Assembly (NCBI RefSeq): GCF_009914755.1
Contig: NC_060925.1
DNA from: the human T2T-CHM13v2.0 reference genome, Homo sapiens
Reading direction: 5' to 3' (one strand)
Length of the DNA stretch: 64,000 nt
The notes below the pieces were generated by a model. That model did not search any database, was not told the origin of the DNA, and saw only the letters and a list, made by a program, of their open reading frames with translations. This document shows positions 1-18,044 of the stretch, piece by piece (position 1 is the stretch's first letter; each line of letters starts with the position of its first letter). The position numbers and the translations under genes were made by a program.

Positions 1-452
1 CCAGAAAATCTGAGACAGGTCTCAGTTAATTTAGAAAGTCTATTTTGCCAAGGTTGAGGGCGTGTGTCTGTGACATAGCCTCAGGAAGCCCTGATGACAT
101 GTGCCCCAGGTGGTTGGGGCACGGCTTAGTTTTATACATTTTAGGGAGACACGAGACGTCAATCAATATATGTAAGTGGTACATTGGTTCCATCCAGAAA
201 GGTGGGGACAACTCAAAGCAGGGGGGAGGGGGTTGGGCTTCCAGGTCACAGGTAAGTGAGAGACAGATGGTTTCCTTCTTTTGAATTTCTGATAGGCCTT
301 TCCAAAGGAGGCAATCAGAATATGCATCTATTTCAATGAGCAGAGGGATGGCTTTGAATAGAATGGGAGGTAGGTTTGTCCTGAGCAGTTTCCAGTTTGA
401 ATTTTCTTTTTAGCTTACTGATTTTGGGGGCTCAAGATATTTTCCTTTCACA
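1..452 (-). mobile_element. ERV1-class LTR, MER4A-like (cut by the window start)
   Basis: Resembles the recalled MER4A antisense consensus (gagacaggtctcagttaatttagaaagt...gatgacatgtgccc...) and ends in ...ttcctttcaca, i.e. a TG start on the minus strand. Confidence 0.7.
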
Positions 453-1460
453 AACTCATATAACCTACTCTCCAGCCTCAGTGCCTTGCTGATCCTCTGA
501 GACCTCCCTGAATACGAACTTCAGTTCTGACTCCAGGTACTTCTACCTGAACTCTCTCTGTTTTAAGACAGGGCATTCTGTTTTTCTGGGTTCTGTCTCT
601 CAGTCAAAACAAAGAGGAATTTTTTAAAGTTCCTTGAGGGCATTAGGCATTTACCTATCAAGCAAACTCTTCTTTTTTTCTTCCAATTCTCAGTAAATGA
701 CAGGAATCAGTGCACAGTTGTGAGTGCCTACTTTGTGTCAGGCTCTGTGCAAGCACTAAATATAAAATTTTGCATAAGACATAGTCTCTGCTCTCAGGCA
801 ACTTATAATTTAGCAGCAAAGACTAACATCTAAATGAACAACTGGAGTTGTGTGTTAAGTCCTGATCGAGGAAAGCATTGTACCCTGTGGGAACAAAAAT
901 TTAAAATATGTGCATTTAAATTAGCCTGTGGGAGGTAGAGAAATGTCAGTCAGGATAAACCAAATCCTAGTGGCTTAATACACGCTTATTTCTTACTTAC
1001 CCTTCATGTCGGATGTGATCAACAGGGGCCCTGCTATTCGTAGTCTTTTAGAGACCTAGGCCGACGGAGGCTTTAACTTGGCACCTGCTCTGAGTCTAGA
1101 CAACTGTGGTGGTCAGATACAGTGACTTACTCACTGGCTTTTAAAACTTCTGCCTGGAAAATGTGTGTAATTTCTACTTGTGTTTAATTGGCCAAACAAC
1201 TCAGGAGACCACATTTAAGTTAAAGAGTGTCATGAAGTTTTCCCAATGGGAAAACAATCAGAAATCTTTGGTGACCATCACCACAGGGATTATCAGATGT
1301 GACTTCAAATCTGATTTGAAGGCTAAGGGAGTTGGGGGAAAAGCAAGAGGCAGAGGGGACAGCATGTATTAAAGTGTGAAAATATAAAAGTGAATGTGGT
1401 GCTTTTTGGCAATTAGTATTTATAAATTTATGTAACACTGATCTGTTTCAAGTGCTCTAA

Positions 1461-1756
<296 letters not shown>

Positions 1757-1789
1757 CAAGTGCTCTAGAAATATTGACTTCATTCTCAT

Positions 1790-2246
1790 TGTAGCAGGAC
1801 GAGCCACAGACAAGAACCCCTCAGGCACCGAGTTGTGGAAGGAAAGGGCTTTATTCAGCTGGGAGCATCGGCGGACTCACATCTCCAAAAACCGAGCTCC
1901 CTGAGTGAGCAATTCCTATCCCTTTTAAGGGTTTATGATTCTAAGGGGGTCCGTGTGAGAGGGTCATGATCGATTGAGCAAGCAGGGGATATGTGACTGG
2001 GGGCTGCATGCACTGGTAATCAGAATGGAACAAAACAGGACAGGGATTTTCACAGTGCTTTTCCATACAATGTCTGGAATCTATAGATAACAGAACCAGT
2101 TAGGTCAGGGGTTGATCTTTAACTACCAGGCCTGGAATGCAGTGCCAGGCTAACTACTGATTTCATTTCTGTCTTTTCTTTAACTCCTACTTTTTCTTTG
2201 AGGCAGAAATTGGGCATAAGACAATATGAGGGGTGGTCTCCTCCCT
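1790..2246 (-). mobile_element. ERVK-class solo LTR (LTR3/HML-6-like)
   Basis: tgtagcaggacgagcc...ggtctcctccct flanked by a 6-bp TSD tctcat (1784-1789 and 2247-2252); minus-strand AATAAA near 1850. Subfamily from memory. Confidence 0.7.
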
Positions 2247-3993
2247 TCTCATAACAACCTTGTGAGGGAGGGTTCATTTATCAAAGAAGACACTGAGCAC
2301 AGGAGGCCACCATTTACCAGGGGCAAAGCCAGGATCTGAACCCAGACGGCCCGGCTCCGGAGTCCATGCTCCTGAGCACCACACAGTGCTGCTCCCTTGG
2401 AAATTCAGAAAGGCTGGACCCCGTGCTCCAGGGCAGCAGGAGGAGGGCACATGCCAAGGATGTCACTGGAAAGGGAGCAGAGGTGAGGCTGTGAAGGTAA
2501 GCCTGAGAAGACAGTTTTTTTTCCTGAGGTTTTAGAAGCCACTAAACGCCTTTAAGCAGGGGAGTGACATGAACAAATTTACACATTAGAAAGATTACCC
2601 ACTGAATTTTATTTCATTCCCTTCCCCCACCATCCATCTGAACTCCCTAAGTCCTCTTTTTCTGCGTGGTTCATTTGCTCCACCTGTCCTGCAGCTGAAG
2701 GATAAGGAATGTGCAATCTCTATACACAGTCCAGGTGTTTTCATAAGTGCTTCTTAAACTGGCTTTAAAGGCAGATCTGTGTCCATGCCTATCCCTGTCC
2801 CTCTCTCCTTTCCCTGGTAACAGTGAAACAACTCTATAACAAACTTTCATTTAATCACATAAGCTATTTCTTTCTGAACTAGAAACGCCCAGTTGCTCAA
2901 CCTTCAACAATGAATACAAATGAATTTCCCTGATACTTTTGGGGAACTGCTCCACCAAATCTAATGCACCTGTTTCAAGTTTTCTTTTAAGCCCTTACTG
3001 ATGGTACTTGTATAAAGCCATCACTATTGTGCCTCTGTGCCTTGGATGTGTCCCCAGCCACCCCCCTGCATCTGCCACTTGCCTGAAGGCAGCCGTTGTT
3101 ACGGCATTCTTTTCTTGGCCTATATTAGAGTTAGAGCTGGGAGCTGATTGAGAACTGGGGATCCACCTCTCTTGTGGAAAGGATCTGTTCCTCTCAGTGG
3201 CCTTCCCTGCTTTCTGGGCCAGTAAGGTCCAGGTTTTGCATAACTGTTGAGTGGATTTTCACTAACAGACATAATAATTAAAAAAAATTGAAACGTGATT
3301 TGCCTATGTGATCTGTCCATCTGGAATTCATGTGAAATACATTTCACCTGCAGACCTGGGCTTTTTAAACTTCTCCCTTGCAAACTGCTCATTCCCTACC
3401 TTGCTGCTTTCTCCTGTCATCTGTCTTTCCCAGGATTTTTTTCTCATAGGACTGCAGGACCAATCTCCTGTTTCCTTCCTTCTTCTCTTGTGGTGAACAG
3501 ACTCTAAGATGGCCCCCATGATCCTACCTCCTGGTACTCATGCCCTTGAGTGTGGGTGGGGCCGGTGACTTGCTTCTAATAGAATAAGAACAGGTGATGG
3601 GATGTCACTGCTGTGATCAGATTACATAGGACTGTAGTGTTCCTTCTTCCAGCAGACTCCTTTACTAGCTTTGGTGAAATGGGTGGCCGTGTTGAGGAGA
3701 TCCCTTTTGCAAGGAACTGAAGGTGGCTCTAGCCGACAGCCAATGAGAAATGGAGGGCCTCTGTCCCACAGGGAACAAAGAACTGACGCTATCAACAATT
3801 ACACAGACTTGGAGGCAGATCCTTCTCCCACTGAGCCTGGGGATGAGATCAGAGCTCTGGATGACACACTGATGGCAGTTTTCAGATGAAACCCTGAGCA
3901 GAGGACCCAGTTCAGCTGTGCCCAGACTCCTAATCCACAAAACTTTGAGACCATAAACATGTATTGTTTTAGCTGCTAAATTTGTGGGAATAG

Positions 3994-4627
3994 TGTAGAA
4001 GTCTTCTTTTGCCCCTGGAGTATGGCAAGGTTCAGGCTATTGTCCCATGACCACGAAAAATTAGGCACATGGACATGGAGAGTGAGTAGGGCAGAGTAGA
4101 ATTTATTGGGAAAAAGGAAAGCTCTCAGCAAAGACAGGGGTCTTGAAAGCAGGTTGCCAGTAAGGCGTCTGTGTTCTGTGTCTTTTATGTGGCAGAAGCT
4201 GGGAAGTCTTCTGTGGGTTTTGCCCAGATGAGAGAAGTAACATTTTCTTCTTGGGGTACTACAGCTGTGCATGCCTAAGTTTTGCCAAAGGGACTCCATC
4301 TTGGTTATTACCCATGAGTGCCTAAGCAAAACCCATGGGGGTGCTAAAACCACAATGCTAATGTCATGTTTAATGACATTATAATGAGCTGGGTTAAATT
4401 AGGGACATTTAGGCTGATTTATTGTGCCCGCACCAAAGTTGGGATGGTCACTTCTGAGCAACATCCTAGCTTAAGGGTAACTTCTTCCGTTTTTCCTATT
4501 AACTGTAGAGGCAGTATAGGCACTGTCTTGCCGTTGTTCTTGTGAACATAGTTCCTTTCTATCCCTTCTCCTGAGACCTTCCCTCTCTATGTGCCTATCC
4601 ATCCCTTAACTACCTCCTCTCTTAACA
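3994..4627 (-). mobile_element. ERV1-class solo LTR nested in the MLT1
   Basis: TG...CA ends, splits the MLT1, and carries a minus-strand AATAAA at 4102-4107. Subfamily not determined; boundaries approximate. Confidence 0.55.
4102..4107 (-). terminator. GSTM3: Candidate distal poly(A) signal of the long GSTM3 3' UTR
   Basis: tttatt = AATAAA on the gene strand, about 3.1 kb after the stop codon, matching my recollection of a roughly 4-kb GSTM3 mRNA. Confidence 0.55.
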
Positions 4628-5324
4628 GTGTTACACAGCAATAAATAATGCATTCCCTTTTTGATTTCTGGTCATATCATCGATCTAGCCCCAGGGGCAT
4701 CCTCAATTTCTCTGTCCTGCCTTAAATACACAAGGGTAGAGCATACCGCTCCCTCACACTATGGAAATTATATCAATAGTTATCAGACTGAAAAACTTCT
4801 GAGCTTTATACCTCTTCTGGCCAAAGGCTCCCCCATGCCCAAGATACTGGCCTGAACACCTAATCCCTGCTCACAGGGGGTGGCAAAACATGGCAGTTGA
4901 ATTGTCTGCTTAGCACCTTCTGTCTGCACTATTCCTCCTGACATCACTGGGTATCCCTGCCATTTGGGCCCTCTGACCATCACTAGAGAGATCCTTGGCT
5001 TCTGGTCCATAGGGGATGGCAATCTGGCCCACAGGCCTATCTCTGAAGACTATTCAGACTCTGCTCTGTGAAAGGAGAGTGGTGCCAAGTCATCTCCACA
5101 GGAGTCAGTGTTTCTTAAGTTTGCTTTCTTTTCTAAAAACTAGTTTCTACTACACAAGCAATGCATGAGCACATTCTCTTAGTTAGAAAAGCAAGTCTTA
5201 GCCTTAACTTGGAAATGCCCTTTAACTTCCACCATGGAGTCTGGGCCTTTATCCCACTTGCCTGCAGTAAGACTGTTATGAGTTTGGTGTTTCCCTCCAG
5301 ACTCTTCTCTATGCTTGGAGATCT

Positions 5325-5620
5325 TTTTTATTTTTTTAAGAGACAGGGTCTTGCTCAGTCACCCAGATTGGAGTGCAGTGGCAAGAACACAGCTCACTGC
5401 AGCTTCAAATTCCTGGGCTCAAGTGATCCTCCCACCTCAGCCTCCTGGGTAGCTGGGACTATGCATGAGCAACTGCGCACAGCTAATTAAAAAAAATTTT
5501 TGGGAGACAGGGGTCTCACTATGTTGCCCAGGCTGGTCTTAAACTCCTGGCCTCAACTGATCCTCTCACCTCAGCCTCTGAAGGTGTTGTTATTACAGCT
5601 GTGAGCAACCACACCTGGCC
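5325..5620 (-). mobile_element. AluJ element (diverged)
   Basis: Antisense Alu with J-type gagacagggtcttgctc and ctcaagtgatcctcccacctcagcc. Confidence 0.85.
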
Positions 5621-5780
5621 TGTTTTGGGGATCTTTGCATGTTAGTTCACACAGTTCAGTCTCATTCTTCCGTTGCCACATGGTACTCCATAGTATTGAC
5701 AGGTATTTACACGGTTTCCACTTATTTGTCATTACAGACAATGCCACAGTGAACATCTTAGTATATGTCTCTTTGAATGA

Positions 5781-6086
<306 letters not shown>

Positions 6087-7215
6087 ATGGATGAGTTTTT
6101 ATAGCATGGAATTGCTGGGTCATAGGATATGATTTAAATTTTACAATTGTCCTCCAAAGTAGCTATACTAATTTACAACTTGACCAGCAGGAAATGCATA
6201 TCACTTTCCTAAGCCTTGCCAACACTTTAGAAACTTTTTACTCATCGGATAGAAGGAAATATGGTTTCTCACTGTTGTAATTGATAATTCCTTACATCAT
6301 AAACATCTTTTAGACATTTTTGGCTATATTTCTATTTTATAAATTGTTCATGGATTTTGTCCATTTTTAAAAACTCAGTTGTCTTAATGATTTATAGGTC
6401 TTTATATAATCTTTATACTAGTGCTTTTTGTCTCACTTGTCATTTATTTGTGGGTGCCTTAGGAAAAGTTGTAGAATTTGATCCTATTCAATTGGTAAAT
6501 CTTTCCTTTGTGATTGTTATTATTTTAAAAAGTAAAAGAATAAAGAATGGTTACTCCACAGGCAGAGCAGCCTATGGTTTTTTCTTTTTACGTCTTTAAA
6601 GAAACTTCTCCTACCCCGTGGTCACAAAAATTCTTACATTTTCATCAATATTTCAACAGCTTTGTGTTTAATGTTGGGCCTTAAATTCCAGATTAATTTT
6701 AGTGAATAGTGTCAAGTGGGGCTCTATTATTTTTAATGAGTAAGCAATTGTCCCAACTCTATTGGCTAGCCCACCAGTCTGAAATACTGCCTTTATCACA
6801 CTAAACTCCCATGTGTACACAGGACGGTTTCCGAACTCCGGTTAAGTCCATCAGTACCACAGTTTTACTTGTGTTATCCTCACCCAGTCTTCACAGGGAC
6901 TCCAGTCCCATTTAACACACCTGCTCTCTCCAACTGTGCAATCTCGTTTTTTCTAGTACCCACTCTCAGGGCTTGGGCATGAACCTACAGCCCTTGAACT
7001 CAGTTGGGGAGTAGGGAAATGCCAGTATCGCAGCGATTCAATTCATATCTTGATGATTCTCCACATATCCTTTTTCCCTTTTAGCCTTTATACCCAAGAG
7101 AAACTCAGCTGGACACCAGTAACATAAGTGCTATTCATTGAAAAGAGCAAAGCAAGAGCGCTGACCCCTTACGGACAGGATGAAACAAAACAAGCTCTGC
7201 AAGTCTGCCTCCTGC

Positions 7216-10432
<3,217 letters not shown>

Positions 10433-11097
10433 GGTGACGGGCTTCCGAGCCTTCGAGGACTAGGGAAACTGTGAGCGGGAGGGGCTTTATACCCTACATA
10501 AGGGGGCGGGGCCCACGCGCGGGCGCCCTGACTCCGCCTCCGCCCCGTTCTCCGTCCCTTGCCTCCGCGGCTCCACAGGGCCGTGCGCAGGCGCGACTAA
10601 TGCCGGCGTTGGGGTTCAGGGCCTGGCGACCCCGAGGCGGGACCCGGGCAGGAGTGCTGCAGGAGAGCAAAGGACCCGAGGTTGAGGCTCCTCCCTTCCC
10701 CGCGGGTGGGAGCCAGACTTCATTCATTAATGGTGCCAGTGAAGACGCGAAAAGCACCACTAGCCAGGCAGTGGGGACCCTAGTTACCCAGGGAGAGCGA
10801 GATTCGCGCCGTTTTTACCGAGCCAGCCGGGGCTGGATGAAGGATAGGAAGACTGGGGCAAGGCCGGAGAGTCAGACCAGCCTCTGACCACACAGAGCAG
10901 AAGATTCCCCACAGACCAAGCTCCCCTCTCTGTCAGTCAAGGACCTCTGCAACCTGACCCCAACGTGCTTTTCCAGTCCTGTCTCTCCCTCAGCCCGTCA
11001 CAACTTCATAAGCCAGCCCAACCCAACAATACTTGCTGTTCCTTCTACACACACTTGCATTTCCCACCTTGGAGTGTTTGCTCTGTGATCCTCCTAC

Positions 11098-11183
11098 CTG
11101 CATCCTAATTTCCACAGCCTATCCTTCCTCAGCAGCCTTGCTGAAATGTCTGCCTATTCCTTGAAGCCTTCTCAGAACCAACC
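11098..11183 (-). other. GSTM3: Candidate upstream non-coding first exon of GSTM3
   Basis: Donor CAG|GTAGGA at 11098/11097 and a strong acceptor TCCTTTGCTCTCCTGCAG| at 10657/10656 leading into the ATG exon. The 5' boundary is inferred from recalled transcript length. Confidence 0.5.
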
Positions 11184-11374
11184 TCTATCCTGGCCAGAAG
11201 AGGTCTCTTATCTTGAATGTTTCCTACCTTTGTTTTATGGGCTTAAGTAATTTATGGATTCCTTATTATAATTTCCTCCTCCAATCCCTCCCACTTCCTA
11301 ATGCTCATGCATTTAGGGAAATTAATCTTGCCTCTTTGTGTAGGATGGACTGGAGGAGGAAAGGTACTACCATT

Positions 11375-12320
11375 TTTCATTCACTCATTCATCTGTCCAA
11401 CAATGTTTAACATGCCTGTTATGGACAGGCACTGTTTTAGGTGCTGGGGATACAGAACTGAACTCAACAGACAAAATCCCTGCCCTCAGGAAGTTTACAT
11501 TCTAATGGGGAAGAAATAAACTAATATATAGTAAATAGCTAGTAAGTCAGGTGGTGATACACATCCTATGGAGAGAAATAAAATCGAGAAGAGAGATAGG
11601 GGGTCTCAGGGTGGGAACTGGGGGAGTCCCAGTAGGAAGGGGATTTATGTTTTTAAAGGTTATGTTCATAGAAGGCCTCATGGAGAAGTTAATCTTTAAA
11701 CAAAGACCTGAAGGAGGTGAGAGATCAAGCCACTGTGCTGTGGGGGCCACCATGGGCTGATATAAATATAAAACAGAATAATTGCTGTTCCTTTTACAAG
11801 CATGTTTGCTCTGCTCCTGCCTGCACCCTAATGTCCATGGCCTAGCCTTCCTCAAGTAGCCGTGCTCAAATGCTCACTTCTTCCTTGAAGCCTTCTCAGA
11901 ATCACCCTCTATCCTGGCCAGAAGAGTTCTCTCCCTCTCTTATCTCGAATCACTTCCTACCTGCAGGAGGCAGAGAGAACTCCAGGAAAAGGGAAACAGC
12001 AAGTACAGGAGTGATCACTCTGTGTTTGAAACCAGAGACTAGATGAGATCACCATGGGAGCACGAGTAGCAGAGATGAGGTCTAAGGGTTTGAGGTGCTC
12101 TGGCATATCAACATGTAAAGGTTAGGGAAAAATGAGAGCAAACCAGCAAAGGAGTCTGAAAAGGAGTGGCCAGGGAGGTAGGAGGAAAACAAAAGGTCCC
12201 AGAAGCCATGTGAAGATGTTTAAAGGGAGAAGTGATCAACTATGTCAAGTGTGGCTGATCAAGTAAGATGAAGATGGAGAATCAATGGTTGAATTTAGGA
12301 AAGTAGGGGTTTTGACCTTG
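11375..12320 (-). mobile_element. L2 LINE relic, interrupted at about 11750-11961
   Basis: ttcattcactcattcat...caggcactgttttaggtgctggggatac is the typical L2 3' end in antisense. Confidence 0.65.
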
Positions 12321-13139
12321 ACAGAGCAAGAGACCTGCCCGAGGCCCCTATAGTCATGGGAAGAACTAAGCTTCTGAATTTCGGCAGGGCCCATGCAAAT
12401 GAAAAGGGGCACAGATTTGCAACAGGGTCAACTCGGGAGACATAGGATTCTAGTTGAATGTGGAGGAGTGACAGAGGAAGGAGTCCGGAGCTGCTCTGAG
12501 GGTTCTGGCCAGGCCTCTGCAGCACAGCTCTCAGGGCAGTCTGAGAGCCTAGATCCCCTAGCTCAGGTGTGGGAAATCACATTTGCCCATCAGTTCAACT
12601 GAAGCAAGGTTGGGACTTTTTAAAAGGGCATTTTGCTAAACAGAAGAAAGGAAGAGTACAAACCACATGGACAGGTGAAATTTATAATGCCTGTGTCTCT
12701 CCTCCCAAGAAAGCAAAAGGCCAGTCACAAATTCACCTGAGGTATAAGATTAACATTTATTGAGCACCTATCATATGCCAGGCAATATCTAAGTGTTTAC
12801 GTATGTTAGCTAATTTATTCCAATTTAAGCTTCACAACAACTTTAGGAAGTAGGTGTTATGCCCATTTTCTTTTCTTTTTCTTTTTTTTTTTTGCAGTTT
12901 TTGCATTACTTTCTTTTTTTTAAATTTTATTATTATTACACTTTAAGTTTCAGGGTATATGTGCACAATGTGCAGGTTTGTTACATATGTATACATGTGC
13001 CATGTTGGTGTGCTGCACCCATTAACTCCTCATTTAACACTAGGTATATCTCCTAATGCTATCCCTCCCCCCTCCCCCCACCCCACAACAGTCCCTGGAG
13101 TGTGATGTTCCCCTTCCTGTGTCCATGTGTTCTCATTGT

Positions 13140-16964
<3,825 letters not shown>

Positions 16965-17027
16965 TATGATGTTAGCTGGTTATTTTGCTCGTTAGTTGAT
17001 GCAGTTTCCTCCTAGACTTGATGGTCT

Positions 17028-18044
17028 TTACATTTTGGCATGTTTTTGCAGTGGCTGGAACCGGTTGTTCCTTTCCATGTTTAGCGCTTCCTTCAGGAGC
17101 TCTTTTAGGGCAGGCCTGGTGGTGACAAAATCTCTCAGCATTTGCTTGTCTGTAAAGTATTTTATTTCTCCTTCACTTATGAAGCTTAGTTTGGCTGGAT
17201 ATGAAATTCTGGGTTGAAAATTCTTTTCTTTAAGAATGTTGAATGTTGGCCCCCACTCTCTTCTGGCTTGTAGAGTTTCTGCGGAGAGATCCGCTGTTAG
17301 TCTGATGGGCTTCCCTTTGTGGGTAACCCGACCTTTCTCTCTGGCTGCCCTTAACATTTTTTCCTTCATTTCAACTTTGGTGAATCTGACAATTATGTGT
17401 CTTGGAGTTGCTCTTCTCGAGGAGTATCTTTGTGGCATTCTCTGTATTTCCTGAATCTGAATGTTGGCCTGCCTTGCTAGATTGGGGAAGTTCTCCTGGA
17501 TAACATCCTGCAGAGTGTTTTCCAACTTGGTTCCATTCTCCCCCTCACTTTCAGGTACACTAATCAGACGTAGATTTGGTCTTTTCACATAGTCCCATAT
17601 TTCTTGGAGGCTTTGTTCGTTTCTTTTTATTCTTTTTTCTCTAAACTTTCCTTCTCGCTTCATTTCATTCATTTCATCTTCCATCGCTGATACCCTTTCT
17701 TCCAGTTGATCGCATCGGCTCCTGAGGCTTCTGCATTCTTCACGTAGTTCTCGAGCCTTAGCTTTCAGCTCCATCAGCCCCTTTTAGGACTTCTCTGCAT
17801 TGGTTATTCTAGTTATCCATTCATCTAATTTTTTTTCAAAGTTTCTAACTTCTTTGCCATTGGTTTGAATTTCCTCCTGTAGCTCGGAGTAGTTTGATCG
17901 TCTGAAGCCTTCTTCTCTCAACTCGTCAAAGTCATTGTCCGTCCAGCTTTGTTCCGTTGCTGGTGAGGAGCTGCGTTCCTTTGGAGGAGGAGTGGTGCTC
18001 TGCTTTTTAGAGTTTCCAGTTTTTCAGCTCTGTTTTTTCCCTAT
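17028..18044 (-). pseudogene. L1 ORF1, disrupted
   Basis: The 1017-nt frame is intact but the start ATG is ATA at 18042-18044 and there is a TAA at 17784-17786. The C-terminal 248 aa are open. Confidence 0.9.

Larger units (their letters stand above)
3489..4655 (+). mobile_element. MLT1-type MaLR LTR, interrupted by a nested LTR
   Basis: MLT1 start tgtggtgaacagactctaagatggcccc; the MLT1 3' end (gtgttacacagcaataaataatgca) resumes at 4628 after the insert. Confidence 0.65.
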
